Of a stretch of DNA of 64,000 nucleotides, positions 11,427-25,880 are shown in pieces. The notes below the pieces were generated by a model. It was not told the origin of the DNA. It saw only the letters and a list, made by a program, of their open reading frames with translations, and searched no databases. Positions within the stretch are counted from its first letter, which is position 1. Every line of letters begins with the position of its first letter. Where the stretch lies: contig NC_043000.1 in assembly GCF_006345805.1 (NCBI RefSeq), positions 33,852,001 through 33,916,000 of the forward strand, read 5' to 3'. A program made the position numbers and the translations under genes. The stretch comes from Octopus sinensis. Its lineage: Eukaryota.

Positions 11427-12361
11427 TGTATGTATGTACGTCTGTATGTTTTTTTGTATATTATTTAAAGTTTTTTTTTCCTTTGTAGACTTCAAGTCTG
11501 TCGCTAACAAAGTGACAAGACCCCTTTGTTTAAGTGAAGCCAGCTCTTGGAGGTTTGTAGTTACCTGCATTGGTTAATGTATGCATATATGTAGTTGCTG
11601 TTCCTGTTTAAGCCCAGGCCAGTCCCGAAATCGTTCTTGCCGTGGCTATCTCGCTCTTTTTATATCTGCAATGGAACCGATTGGTATTTTATCCAACGCA
11701 TCCTTTCTGTGGTATTATTGGAGGGAGATTTGGTCGCTATTTCTCGTTGGTTTCCTGATGAAAGGGGAGTTGGAGACCGAAAGTTCTATATCGTAAGATG
11801 AACATTGTTATGATAAATTTATTAGCAATGGCGGAGGGGTAAATGGTGCAGGCATGTAAATATAGAAACCATGGAGGATAAATGTAAAAGTTAATAAAAA
11901 AAGAAATATTGTAATGGCGGCAGAGAGGCGAGATTTGGTAGGGGTAGGGTGAGGGTGAGCTAATGATTGTGATCTAATGATTGGGAGATATATGAATGTA
12001 TATATTTATGGATGTATATATGTATATATAGAGATAGAGGAGAAGAAAGGAAATGTGTGGCAGAGAATGCAGGTAAGAATGGAAAAGATTGTGTTATGGG
12101 GGGAAAAAAAAGGAAAAAACAAAGAAAGACAACAATCGCAATAATTCCAAGGCGATGTTTGGTTCAGATAATGAAGGGACACAAGTGAGTAATTTACGGA
12201 ACGAGTTAACGAGATAATGTAAAGGGGCATTTTTTTCATCTCTTATTTACATCAAAAATAAAGGTTTCTTCCAGATGAATCCAATTGTTAGGCGGCGTAC
12301 GACACATTTTCTATCATTCAACATGAAACTTGCTTACTCTTTTCTCTTACTTCAGTTTTTC

Positions 12362-12393
<32 letters not shown>

Positions 12394-12397
12394 TATT

Positions 12398-12429
<32 letters not shown>

Positions 12430-12627
12430 ATTATTTTATACTCATTATATTTATGTCATTCCCCCTTTTTTCCCTTCTTTGGCTTTCTCTTAGAGTTTTC
12501 GTCGAAGAAGTCCCTCTTTCCAATATATCCCTATGTTTACACTTACCTTTCTTTTATTTTCCTCTCTCACTCTTTAGTCCTCTCTCTCTCTTTCACTCTC
12601 TTCGTCACTCTCTCTTTCTCTATCCTC

Positions 12628-12662
<35 letters not shown>

Positions 12663-12863
12663 TCTTTTAATATCACAAACAGAAACTAGGTTCTTCGCTT
12701 CTCTCTCTACTCACCTGGCCTTTATTTCTTTCTAACTTTCTTTCTTTGTTACTTTTCTTCAGCCTAAAAGCATATCTCTCTATCTAGCAAGCGTCTCTCT
12801 CTCTCTTTCTCTCTCTCTCTATCTCTTTCTCTTTCTCCGTCCCACTCTCACTGTCTGTCTGTG

Positions 12864-12917
<54 letters not shown>

Positions 12918-13234
12918 CCTGCCTATCTAACTAGGAGCCTCCTCCGTCAAACAAGATCGTTCATATACCTGCATCCTTGTATGCATGCTTCGGAAAAGTT
13001 TTTAAAAAACTAATTTTTTTTTGTTTTTACTAAGATAGTCAACCAGCCATGCCAGCCTACCCTCGCCACATCGTCGATGTTATCCGAGGGAAAGGCCGTC
13101 TCAATAGGGTCAATACATCCTGGCAACTGAGTAATCTCCGATATTACTGTCGGAAGGGAAAGAGTAGAAAGACAACCTAAAACCTATCTCGTTCGACGTT
13201 GAAACGGTTCTGCCAATCTTCCGCCTTGGATGGG

Positions 13235-13365
13235 CTCCGTTTTAGTGACCCCGAAAGGATGAAAGGCAAAACTGACGTGGGTGAAATTTGAACACTGATA
13301 GCAGAGAAGTGGAACAAATGCTGTGAGATATCCAACTGCAACACACTGACAACTCTGCCCACTCG
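13235..13365 (-). mobile_element. Decayed SINE family C head
   Basis: gaccccgaaaggatgaaaggcaaa is the reverse complement of the family C core; B-box remnant aatttgaac. Confidence 0.5.
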
Positions 13366-13367
13366 CT

Positions 13368-13770
<403 letters not shown>

Positions 13771-14292
13771 CCTTCTCTCCTTATACACTTCATATAAAAT
13801 ATTAAATATTACGCACGCACACACACACACACACCACACACACACACACACACATATGTAACGCCTAATAAAGGAACAGTTGTTATTCAGCTTATTTCCG
13901 ATGAGAAGAGAAAGGAGATAAAAACAACCACAACAACAACAACAACAACAACAGCAACATCAACAACAACAACGTCCTCAATAATCTCATTCTTTCCAGA
14001 ACTAGATAATGAAATAACATTGGTTTTAGCAAATGCTGAAAGCTGTGAGTATTTCCTGTTTACCATCGAACCCTCTACTTTCCTTTATATATGATTACAA
14101 GATGGAGAGGAGGAGGAGGAGAGAAAGAAGCTAAAAAAAAATGGTTCATTCAGTTTCTCAAAAGAAATCACTTTCTTAGAAGGCAAATCTGATAATGAAC
14201 CTTAAAATCGATTCCTGTCAATAACAGTCTTTTGGTATTATTTATGTTTTGGTTTTACTCTGTATATCAATCAGTTAAATATACACACATGC

Positions 14293-14336
<44 letters not shown>

Positions 14337-14709
14337 ACATACATGCCCAGGCACCTATACAAACACACACACACACCACACATATTTATGTACAAATATA
14401 CATATATACTTATACGTGCATATATACATACATACTTGTTTGATTATGGAAACTTCAAAATAAGGTTTATGTTTTTTTCCGTATAAATGATAAAGTAGAA
14501 AAGTGCCTCCTCAATAAATTTCGCTGAATGATAAAAGCCTTTGCTTGCCTGGCTGTGAAAAAAAAAATGATAAATTGATAAAGAAGAAGATAGGTAACCG
14601 TATATTTTGCCCTGCCTGTGGTCATGACATCTCTCGATGCCCACTGCTCTCATTATATGAAACAGCAGCAGCAGTAGCCTCCTTCTCCTCTGCCGCCGCC
14701 TCCGCTGTT

Positions 14710-14792
<83 letters not shown>

Positions 14793-15544
14793 TGTGTTGT
14801 TGTTAGTTTCAGGTCAGTTCTGAGGGTGAGGTTTTTTAATGAAAGACTCCATTTGTGAAGACCACACCTTTTAGAAGATATTTTAGGAACACTATTTCTG
14901 TGTTCTTTTGTAATTAAAGATAACATGGTTAGATTTGAGGGAGATTTAGCCGCTATTTCTAACACTTTACTGTGGATTAGTTAATCCCAAGTGCTTTGAC
15001 CTTACAGAAATATACCGAGTTCCCTATGGTCCTACATTTATTCATGCTTTAATGTTTCTAGGTGGCGACGGGGTCACTCAAAATGCTAGAAGTACTGGCA
15101 ACATCTCCCTCGGAATCATACCCTCCGTTTTATAAAAAATGAAGGACATTTTGTATAAAGTAGCTCCAGATATATTGTATCCACAAAAACAGGCTCTGGA
15201 CATTGGTCAGGTCATGGATATATTTTATTGGGGTTGAGCAGCGGTTAAACAACAACAAGTGCAACAACATGAACATTAGGTGTTCCCTAACAATCCAGTA
15301 ATTGCAACCAAACCATCAACATAGAGATGTGTCATCATTTTATTCATACCATCGCATAATTTGTCATTAAAGTTCTGTGTATTGTTGTATTAATTAACTT
15401 CGAAACATTGGCTGTTGTCATAATAATTATTATCTGGTGTTTTTTTACCATTGGTATTTCATAAATCTTAACCTTTAAGGACAAAACGAAATTTTCTTTT
15501 AATGGAAATAATTTAAATTTTCTGTAACACCAAAATGGCACCTA

Positions 15545-15740
15545 GTCCTTTACTCCATGAACACTTGTTACATAAGATGTGTCTTAATGATCCCCACCTC
15601 TGCAACTTCCTCGCTATTGTTTCGATATATGACAGAAGTAGGGAAACCCTCATCGACATATTTAATGATTTCTTCAAGAAACACCGCCATTTTACTGAGA
15701 TACATCTCGGTTTTCACTGAATCCAATAGAAAGAGGCGTT
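15545..15740 (-). mobile_element. Possible internally deleted CR1 relic
   Basis: FLEEIIKYVDEGFPTSVIY resembles the CR1 RT segment before YLDF and runs into NSEEVAEVGII, which resembles the CR1 3' terminus. Confidence 0.35.
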
Positions 15741-16724
15741 TTCTCATCTGATTCGCTTTCATATTCTATTTTATAATTGATACATTTAATGTTATATTGG
15801 TAGATTGATTGTTTTCTGTGCGATAAAAGAAAATCTATTGCGCTCTCTGAATAATATTAACATATCTGAATACGATCAGCATAACATCAATGTATTTACA
15901 TAACATCAAGCAATCTTTATGACATCAGTTCAAAGCCATTGATACATTGTATTAGATCAATGGTTATGAAACAGAGATTTGTCAGACCGAACCCGTTAGA
16001 AATGGAAACGTTGCCGTCGAAGAATGTAATTTGGTAGGGATTCGAAGAAATTGGAAGGAGCGAGTAAGATCACAGAAGCAGCCTCAATGCAGATTGCCTT
16101 TTCGTTTACTGTTCCCAAGGGAAACTATTTTAGCCACTCGGTTAACATTTGTTTCACTCTATATAATTCTTAGCCCAGTTAATTAACCTTTCGTCAGGTG
16201 TGAAGTTTCGTCAATCAGTGGTTAAGGTGTTGATCTTATGCGTTATGGACTACTAGGCCATGGTTTCAATTCCCAAACCCCACAGCAATTGTGATCTTGA
16301 ATAAAACATTTTATTTTATTTCGCTCCAGTCCATTCAATTGAAAATGTGCACCAGTAATTATTGGAGGTTAATTCAGTAGGGAACTGAGGAATTTCATTC
16401 AGGATGTGGAGTATTGTGCTTCCGCTCCCTTATGCACCATGGAAACTACTACAATCATATTATGCTCATACTACACTGGAATGGCTCCGCATTCCATCAA
16501 AAACAAATGTTTCTTTTTTCTTTTGCAACTGAAATATTGAAGTATTCGGGTGAAAGAAACGTATACGAAACTAAAATAAAGAAAATGATATAAACGTATA
16601 CATACATATAGACGCATACACATACACACACTCACACACACACAAAACATACATACACACACACAAAGGTATATATGTGTGCGTGTGTGTGTGTGTATGT
16701 GTGTGTATGTATATGATACATATG

Positions 16725-17585
16725 CAGCAGCCGGCCCTTACCTGTCAGATCGCTGATGGACTGACATCCAGCATATCAGAGTTCTAATCCAGGCTGTCTA
16801 CGATATTTTACCAAGTTCAACATTCCTTCACAAATAGGGCAGAAGTGAAACACTGTCCTGTCCCTTGTATATTAAAAAAGAGTCCTTCAACCTTCCCACA
16901 GCCGCTCCTCCAGAGCCTAAGCTGTTGGCCAGGTGTTCAGGGCGGTTGCAGAGGTGATGCCGACAGCCATTCAGTCCAGTGAATACCACCCCAAGAATGA
17001 ACGAGGCTATCAATTTTCTCAGAGGAATCCAGTTCACGCTAACTTCAACGACCGTCGTGCCTATTTTCCATAACCCCGGACTGGTAACTGAGGGTGGGAT
17101 CTTGTGGAACGCTTAAAGTTCACAGATCACATCGTTCCAACAACACTCCATCCAAACATGGCGATCCTCTTGAATTCCACAAAACGGGTAACCATGTGGG
17201 AAGTGAATGTGGAGGAACACATGAAGGAAGCTCATGAGAGGAACCTTGCCAAATATCAGAGCAGCAGAGCAGTGAAGAAATCGTGGCTGGAAGGCAAGTT
17301 GCGAGGCAATTTAAGTGGCTCGACGAGGTTTTGTGGGGCATTCATTCAACGAAGTTCCGACTGAGCAGAAAAGAGGGGCAGGCTGTAAATTCTATCATTG
17401 ATGCTGCAGAGGAGGTCACGGGGGGGATTTAGATAAAGAAGGCAGCCCAATGTTCTGTTGCTTTTGGGATGCGACCTAGGACTTGTTCAATCAGGGTTGA
17501 GTCAAATGAGTGGGGGTGGGGGTCAGATGTGGAAAGTCCTGAAGCATCTTGAAACCCCGGAAACATCACGGACGATGCATCTCAA
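16725..17585 (+). mobile_element. HERO-like RLE non-LTR retrotransposon 3' part, decayed
   Basis: Reads IRVLIQAVYDILPS...GRSETLSCPL and LKFTDHIVPTTLHPNMAILLNSTKRVTMWEV..EEHMKEAHERNLAKYQ; followed by a 3' UTR and (ATCT)n. Confidence 0.75.
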
Positions 17586-17622
17586 AACAAATACGAGGTC
17601 TATCTCTCTATCTATCTATCTA

Positions 17623-17666
<44 letters not shown>

Positions 17667-17790
17667 ATACGTGCGTACATAAGTACGTACGTATGTATGT
17701 ATATATTATACTATGCATGTGAATGTATATATATCTAAGTATATGTGTATGTACGTGAGAACGTGTGTGTGTGTGTGTTTGTGTGTGTGC

Positions 17791-17821
<31 letters not shown>

Positions 17822-18177
17822 CATATTCTATTTCCGATGGCTTTCATCGCGTCTCATGTTTACAGCTTCAAAGATAAACAACGTAAAAATAGTTGGAAGC
17901 GAAAAGGTGATTATTTGGACAAAACCATGCATATTATTGTTTGGAAGAAATACTTAGAGAAGCTCCTTGCACACAGAGAAGTCCGTACATAGTCATGTTA
18001 CACAAGGAATGACTTCATGATAGAGTGTGACGCTGCAGGCCGTTTGGGAATCGTGGTTTTTGGTCGCTGCAAACGGTTGCATGTTTCGGCAGATTAGCAT
18101 TTGCAAAGATCACAGAATATTTCTCCCTTTCACACACGCTCTCTCTCTCCCCCTCAATCTCTTTCCCTCTCACTCAT

Positions 18178-18211
<34 letters not shown>

Positions 18212-18397
18212 CTCTGTATCTATCTATCTCTGTTTCTCCTTATCTATCTCTTTCACTCGGCTGCTTTAAGTGTATTCCTGTAAGTGCGTATGTGTGTGTG
18301 AATGTGTGCGTGCGCCCTTGTTTATGTGTGTGTGTGTGTGTGTGTGCGTGCGCCCTTGTTTATGTGTGTGTGTGGTGTGTGTGCGTGCGCCCTTGTT

Positions 18398-18431
<34 letters not shown>

Positions 18432-18928
18432 CGCGCGTGTGTAACCGTTCGCTCGCCAAGATTCTTATTTCCAAATTATTACCAACTGAAATGTAGAAAT
18501 TCACTGAAATTATTAGGCAGGGAATCAAAAAGATGTCTGTGAAGAGTGACCAAACATTATTCAGTATCCATCCAAATTGCAGACAAACCCCGAATCATTC
18601 CATAATAATGCTCGAAGAAAAGAACAAAATATCCCGGAGGGCCCGAGATGTCCCTGGGGGATAAGAGTGGATTCAAGGATAGAAACGATTAAAGTTGTAA
18701 TAGGGTGATAATGGATAAAGAGTGATAGTGTGAGTGAGAGGAACCTTGTCAGTTTCATGACGTCAGTCTATCTCTTGCTCTTCAGAATCTTTGTTCCTTT
18801 ATCCCTCACTCCAACCCTTCCTTGCTCTCTCTCTCTCTTCTTCACTCTCTCCCTCATCTCTCACTCTTTCACTCTCTCTTTCTCAATATCTGGCCTCTTA
18901 TGTCTCGCTTACGCTAATTACTTTCCTG

Positions 18929-18980
<52 letters not shown>

Positions 18981-19116
18981 TTTCTCTCACACACACACGC
19001 ACACACATATATATGTAAGTGTGTGTATATACATATATGTATATATATATACATATATATAAAGTATATATAAATATATATATATGCTTTATATAAATAT
19101 ATATATATATACTTAT

Positions 19117-19188
<72 letters not shown>

Positions 19189-19459
19189 TTATGTATTTAT
19201 GCAATTACTTATCCGACTTTGATTTGGGTACGAAATTACACTATTATATGTATATATATATATATATGTTTTTGTATGTATATATATATATGTTTTTGTA
19301 TGTTGTGTTCGCATGCTTGTTTAGATATGTTTCGCCTTTGATGAGGAGTATCATTGACCTTGGAATTTCTGTTTGAAATTAATACTTTAATCTAATCGCT
19401 CAATAAATTGAGCCCTACGCTGTTGTTTCTTGAACAGAGTTCACCTCTATAATTTTTCA

Positions 19460-20110
19460 TTACCCATATATATAAAATAAAATTAAAAATCGCACAACAT
19501 ATGAATTCATTTAAAAATAAAAACTTAATTAACTCCACTGGACTTAGCAAGTACATTTGGGGACTTAAATCCCAAAATATTAATTATAATTTATCATGGG
19601 AAATAATTAGTAAGACTAAATCATATAGTATAAGAGCGAATTTTTGTTATTTATGTTCAAATGAGTTTAAGGAAATTTTATTTTATAAGCATGATAATTT
19701 AGTGAATTTCTGTGATGAGCGCAAAATAAAATGCAGACACAAGTTACTTTACTTATATAATAAATTTCTTGATAAATAATGAATATTTCTTAGCCTTAAT
19801 TAACTCCCTATTTGTTGTTTTATGTAATAGTATTATAAATATAGCAGGTGATTTGTAGTACTTATTATATTAGTTTATTTTAGTTATTTAGTTTCTGTTT
19901 TTAATTATAGTTAGATTATATATAGTTGTTCATTTTATTACTAAATATTTTATTACTAAATATATTTTTAATAAATATTTAATGGTTTATTGAATATAGA
20001 GTCTGATATTTCAATTACCTGAAGATCGACTGTAACCATAACTCGAATTATGACGAATTGGACAGCCATGAAACGATCGTAGTGTTTTACTCATTGTCTT
20101 TTATTAAACT
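19460..20110 (+). mobile_element. Penelope-like element 3' end: GIY-YIG endonuclease C-terminus plus terminal repeat
   Basis: ORF 19501-19779 has HMNSF...TGLSKYIWGLK...WEII...CYLCSNE...KCRH, typical of the PLE endonuclease/CCHH region; hammerhead motif downstream. Confidence 0.85.
20013..20087 (+). ncRNA. Minimal type I hammerhead ribozyme motif (PLE-associated; stem II partly decayed)
   Basis: CUGAAGA at 20019-20025, GAAA at 20070-20073, palindromic stem III ACGAUCGU, GUA site at 20079-20081. Confidence 0.6.
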
Positions 20111-20215
20111 TTTAATACTTTTGATATATATTTAAAATAATATAAATTAAGTTTATGTATTGGCTTATGTTTTTCATTGTTTGATTTGCCTAATAGTGGT
20201 TTTATCTCCAATCTA

Positions 20216-20244
<29 letters not shown>

Positions 20245-20247
<3 letters not shown>

Positions 20248-20402
20248 GGGACATTTCCCGAAAAAAACAAAAGACGAAGACAGGTGGTGTACAAAACAAA
20301 CAGATGTATTAGTATAACGCTCAGGAATTTGAAAAAGTCTTTTACGTTTCGACCCTACTCTCTTCTGCAGAAAGGGACACAGAAAAAACAAGGAGAGAAA
20401 CA
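20245..20402 (-). mobile_element. PLE-type terminal repeat fragment with small hammerhead variant (decayed)
   Basis: Same family as 37810-37960 and 63699-63790; minus strand CUUU-CUGCAGA-A-GAGA.GUAG.GGUC-GAAAC-GUA-AAAG. Confidence 0.6.
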
Positions 20403-20734
20403 TATGTAACTGATACTGCGTTACGACGACAAGTGTTCCAGTTGATTCGATCGACGAAACAGTCTGTTCATGAAGTTAACATGCAAATGGTTCGCGTAAC
20501 CTTAACGCAGCTCTCAGTGAGAATCAGCGGGTCACAGAATGTGAAAAGGTTGTCCCTTTGAATTACATGTATATTGTGAAAGCACGTGGCTTAGTAGTTT
20601 GGGAGTTCGTTCACAATCGCTAAGATGTAAGTTCCGATTCCTGGCGGCATGCTGTTCCCTTTAGCAACATCCTGCATTTCACACTACTCCATTATAAATA
20701 GTCAAATCAAACATTAAAAGTTGAACATTAATAA

Positions 20735-20875
20735 TCAAATATTAAAAACAACAAAAGGACGCACATATGGAGTGTATTAACTTGACACTCAGTAAAGGTG
20801 TAAAAAAAAGAGTGTTTCGAGCATAGCTCTTTGTCAGAACGAGAGGAAAAGAAAAGTCCAGAGAAAGAAAAAGCT
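20735..20875 (-). mobile_element. PLE-type terminal fragment with degenerate hammerhead-like motif
   Basis: Minus strand 20806-20840: CUGACAA-A-GAGC.UAU.GCUC-GAAAC-AC. Confidence 0.45.
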
Positions 20876-21509
20876 TACGCAAAGCTCATGTGTGGTTGCA
20901 TAGTTGAAGTGACCATATATATATATAAAATACAATTTCAAGAAGTTGAATGCCAAGTTTTTAATGTTCTATGCTAGGGTTAACACCTAACAGTGATGTC
21001 TCAACATCCAAGATGGTAAACTTTTCACTTCAGTAGCTGACAAGGATTAACTACAAGTTACTAGTTGTGTAGGGAGGCATCAAAATGCAAAAAAGTATTC
21101 TTGGAACACCTATGAACGCATCTAGGTAAATGTCAAAGATAGTTTATCCTAGCCCCCCACTGTATTATAGAAATCATGAGCCATTTTGTGAGCATGCCCC
21201 CTTAAAACGTTATTGACCTAGATTTTAATGTGACCATCATTAAATAGATATCAATCAGTCAATCTGGGGTTAACGATGCATCAGTTCCCTACAATATCCT
21301 TTCTCACAATCCACGACTGCAAGTAAAAGCACTCGCCACATTTCTGAAAGATTTCAATCTACTCAAATCTTTTGTCAAATCTGTTATGCCGCATAGAGTG
21401 GAAGCTGTCGTTATGTCTGCTTATGTAAAATAAAAAAAAAGGAAGATGTTCCCATACCACACTTTGATCTCAACCCCCCATGTGATAAGCTATTTCTGTT
21501 TAAGGATCT

Positions 21510-21700
21510 TCAGTTTTCAGTGTCATATTCGGACACTAGAAAGCTTGAGAAACAGTCCATCACGATCGCTGAAGTTGAACTGGCAAGACCGTGATTCTAT
21601 TGTAGTCATCTCTATGACGTCTGCTCTCCTACTGAGCCAAGCAGACATCTTCTCATCAGAGCACCAAACGACAGACTTGTTAAATATAACAAATTACTGC
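21510..21700 (+). mobile_element. Decayed RTE LINE 3' coding relic
   Basis: HIRTLES...SRSLKLNWQDR resembles the RTE motif H.R.LE.FH.RCLR.IL.I.WQD. Confidence 0.4.
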
Positions 21701-22611
21701 TACAGCTGCTTCTGTTTTATGTTTTATATTAATTTAGAATTGTAAGAAAATATATCAAATAAACACGCAGTAATTTCTTAAGTCACAATATTAAAATTAT
21801 CAATAAACACACTCAAGAAAGCTGAGAAAATTAAACTCTAGACATGTAACTCTATTACAGTCGGAAATAAATAAAAAGATAATTAATAAAAGAACTACAT
21901 TTAAGCTTCTTATAAACAATGTGAGAAGAAAATGTTTCCAAGGGCAACACCTGGTACTTCTGCTAGAATGTGTATGTATGTATGTGTTTGGTAGTGTAAC
22001 ATGTGATCATACTTATTGAAATATATATTTCTAGTAATTTCATTGTATTCGAAAGTTCACAACAAACTGTCTCGTCATCTTATTATTCTTGTTTATGTCT
22101 CATACCGTTAGCTTTTCATTGTATTCTTCTGTTTCTTTAACACGTCTGCTATTTGATGGCAGCCATCTGTCTTCACTTCTATTTGTTTCTGGTTTCCTTT
22201 GTTATTACAACTCATTATGTTAATTTCTTTTAAATCTAACAATCTGATAGTTCAATTAATATTCATTCATTTCAACAAATTCTAAATGTTGTTTTAACTG
22301 CAAAACATCAGTAAGATACGTTTTCACTGCCCGTGGCGAATCCTGTCTGTCTTGGTTGCTATTATTCGACACCGCTGCCAGCCGATGAGACAACAGACAT
22401 TACCAGTTTTCAGTTGTTCTTTCGTTTATACAGAATCTCCATGGGGCTTCGTCGTATATTCATTCCTGGCTAAATACATATTCTTTTAATAAAATTCCGC
22501 AGGAGGTTTTAAAATCTCGACATGTAGAGACATTTACAATAAGCTGTAATGCAAACAAAACATATCATATGTCTATGCCTGAGGTGCTCATTCTATGATC
22601 TAGTTATCTAA

Positions 22612-23040
22612 CTTTTACTTGTTTCAGCGGCCATGCTGGGGCATTGCTTTCAAATATTTTCAGTTTAATGAATCGACTTATGAATTCTTTAAAGCCTGTT
22701 ACTTATTCTATCAGTTTCTTTGATCGAACCGCTAAGTTACAAGGGCGTAAATACACTGACACCGGTTGTCAAGTGATGGTAGGGGACAAAGGCAGACAAA
22801 AAGACACACACACGCACACAAACACACACACACACACACTCACACACACACACACAACACACACACACCACACACACACTACAAGCTTCTTTCAGTTTCC
22901 ATCTACCAAATCCATTCACAAGGCTTTGGTTGGCCCGAGGCTATCGTAGAAGACACTTGCCCAAGGTGCCACACAGTGAGACTGAACTCGGAACCATGTG
23001 GTTGGGGATCAAACGCCTTACCACACAGCCACGCCTGCGC
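22612..23040 (-). mobile_element. SINE family A (tRNA-like head, internal microsatellite, LINE-like tail)
   Basis: Co-linear with 36692-37129 and 62523-62980. Confidence 0.85.
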
Positions 23041-23940
23041 TTTTAACAACAGTTTTTAGAGATCTTTAATTCCAAGTTGAAATCTATACAGTATAAATGA
23101 TAGTCAAATAGTTTTCCACAAATTACCCTACAATTCTGTCCAATTATATACTCGCTGTTTGATTCAAACATTTTCTTGTAAGCTCCTACCATTTACGGGT
23201 TCAGTTTCCTTCATTAATACATATGAATAACCGTGAAGATAGATGAACATTTTAAAGACAAGCGTGCACATCTACACACACATACTTATACGCATACACA
23301 CACAAATACACACTTATAACCACCGGATACTATTAAATACCTGTCAAAAATATATAATCAATTACTGAAACTCCATCTGTTCATTACTTCTATTAGATTC
23401 AAACTTAAAGTTACGAGGCAGCACTAGAATGCGTAACGCAAACAAAAGTTTGGGTTCATCTGCTAAAAATACCGAAGATGCGCGTCGACTGAATTGCACA
23501 ATCAGACTAATTGTTTTGCGTAATAACGACAATCCGTTTACTGAAAGACGCGTATGTTTTACAAAGTTTAAAATACCAATTGCGTTTTCTGTATTTATCA
23601 TTACTACATGGGTATGTATTATGTCTGTGTGTGTGTGCGAGCGTACATGTTTGTATATATGTATATTTACACTACATAACGAGGTGGATACTACATGCTT
23701 TTGTCCTGAAACAGCATGTTATATATTATTATTAGATGCGTGTCAGTGTGTGTGTAAGTGCAAGTATGTATGGAGCTACATTTAAATAGATATAGGTCTA
23801 CACAAGCATATTTTCATGGCTCTAGAATGAAATATTTTGTCACAATATTGAGCACTCTTATACTAGATTCCTTTTTAAATATCTAAAAGATGCCATATTG
23901 TATGTATTGTACAATATAACACAATATATCTATAATAAAG

Positions 23941-24003
<63 letters not shown>

Positions 24004-24520
24004 CATGAGAGAGAAAGAGAGAGTGAGAGAGTGAGAGAGAGAGTGAGAGAGAGAGGAGAGAGACAGACAAACAGACAGACACACAAAGAGGTGGTAGAGT
24101 TGTCTGCGTGAATGCATCTATCTGTTGTTAATGTGGCAATAAATTTATCCACTTTCAGTTTAATCTCGTTAACAATTCTACATTATTTCCGATAATTAGG
24201 CATTAAATGTAACAATAAACAAAGATATTCTCAGAATATCTACCAAATTATTGAACATTTCTTTCAATTGTTAGAATTTAAATTGTCGAATAACAGGATT
24301 CCACCGCAGAAATACTGTCAAACAACTTGCTAAGTAATGGCAGAGTTATTATAAAATGGCTCGACCTCCTTTTCACAATAGGTAAATCTTCTTAATGTTT
24401 TTCGAATGGAGATTACATGTTTTACGCTCAACTTTTGAAAACCATGTTCTCATTAAAGATTGTTTAGTCTCAGGTAGATCGATGACTAAGCAAGATAAAT
24501 CGAACCATCCCTCCTCCCCA

Positions 24521-24563
<43 letters not shown>

Positions 24564-24903
24564 TTAGATCGATCTGAGACCCACCATGTCATACATTGGT
24601 CTTTTTTAAACCAGTTTGGTTTACAAAAATCTACTTTAGCAACAAAATAAAACAAGAAATCATAACGAAGTTCTATAGCGAAGATTTCCGAGTTCTTATT
24701 TGCTAACCGAAACCACGAAAGTACGCCATCATATCAGTGTAAATATTTCTTATTACTATTAGCTAAGGAGGAGATCGTTGTTGAGAAATAAACTCCTGGA
24801 GTGACGACAAACACATCGGTTTTATCTTCACCAGTAATAATTGTACTTATGCCGTTAAACATGCATAGAAACGAATGAAAATTACAACTTTCAAATTTTA
24901 AAC

Positions 24904-25216
24904 CAGTGGTTCTCGACACTTTTTTTCCCAGTGGACCCCTTCGGTTCCTATTCTACTCTGCTGGTCCTCCATAGATATTTAATGCTTCCAAATATCCCAT
25001 AAAATTCTTATAATTAGATTTTTTAGAAATTGTAGAAGAAAATTTGTTAATGTATTCGGTGTTTAGTAGAAGTATAAACAATTTATTGCACATAAACTTT
25101 CACAACGAAACCTTATATGGACCCCTAAGGGCCATTTCAACCCCAAAGGGTTATGTGAACCCCCAAGGGTCATGTGGACCCCCAATGGTGAAATGAACCC
25201 CAGTTGTGAACCATTG
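24904..25216. mobile_element. hAT-like MITE
   Basis: Ends CAGTGGTTCTC...GTGAACCATTG; no clean 8-bp TSD; related 5' fragment at 56676-56830. Confidence 0.65.
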
Positions 25217-25688
25217 GCTTAGGATTTCAGGAACAACATTTAATTTTTCTCCAAACAACTAAATCCAGAACATTTATGTGCAACGTGGCTTATTTTAGAA
25301 TCAAAAGGTAAATATTAAATTGAACTCAAAAAACAACCAAAGTAAAAAAAAAACTGATTCTACCAGTCTCGAAACGTCCAGCTGGGGTGGCGACCATCGC
25401 ATTCAAAATAGTACAAGAAGTATGTCTCAATAAAAAATGTCATATCATAACACACTATCGATAATGAACAAAATAAAAAGAGAACACCTCGACGTGAAGG
25501 TACAATATGGAATTGTTGTCATTTCTTTTCTGAACGACAGACAAAGCACTGGTGATACCAATATTCAATTACATGCCACCACTTTGTCTTTTGCTTCCTC
25601 ACCTACTTTGAATCTCCGCGGTAGATTACTATGTCCAAATTTCAAGATGCTCACTTGATTTAGAAGCATCTACAAGCACATTACATAT

Positions 25689-25880
25689 CATCATCATTGC
25701 TCGACCGTGGTCGAGACAATGGAATTTACTATGATAAGCCAGACTTCATGGTCCATCATAGCATTACGGAGCTCCTGTTGCTGAATGCCTGTATCGCTGG
25801 AGAATACATCAGGGTAGGAGAGTGTGCGCCCTCTGGTATCGCGAGCAGATGGCTTCCTGAGAAGAGTAGAAATTACCTCG
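25689..25880 (-). mobile_element. 5'-truncated RTE/RTE-X LINE 3' end with (TGA)n tail and 8-bp TSD
   Basis: Reads LLRKPSARDTRGRTLSYPDVFSSDTGIQQQELRNAMMDHEVW; TTACATAT duplicated at 25681-25688 and 25881-25888. Confidence 0.75.

Noticed and set aside
21300-21420. Tc1 transposase C-terminus (VKS.MPHRVEAV)
   Set aside because: The match is too short, and I found no TIRs to support a call.
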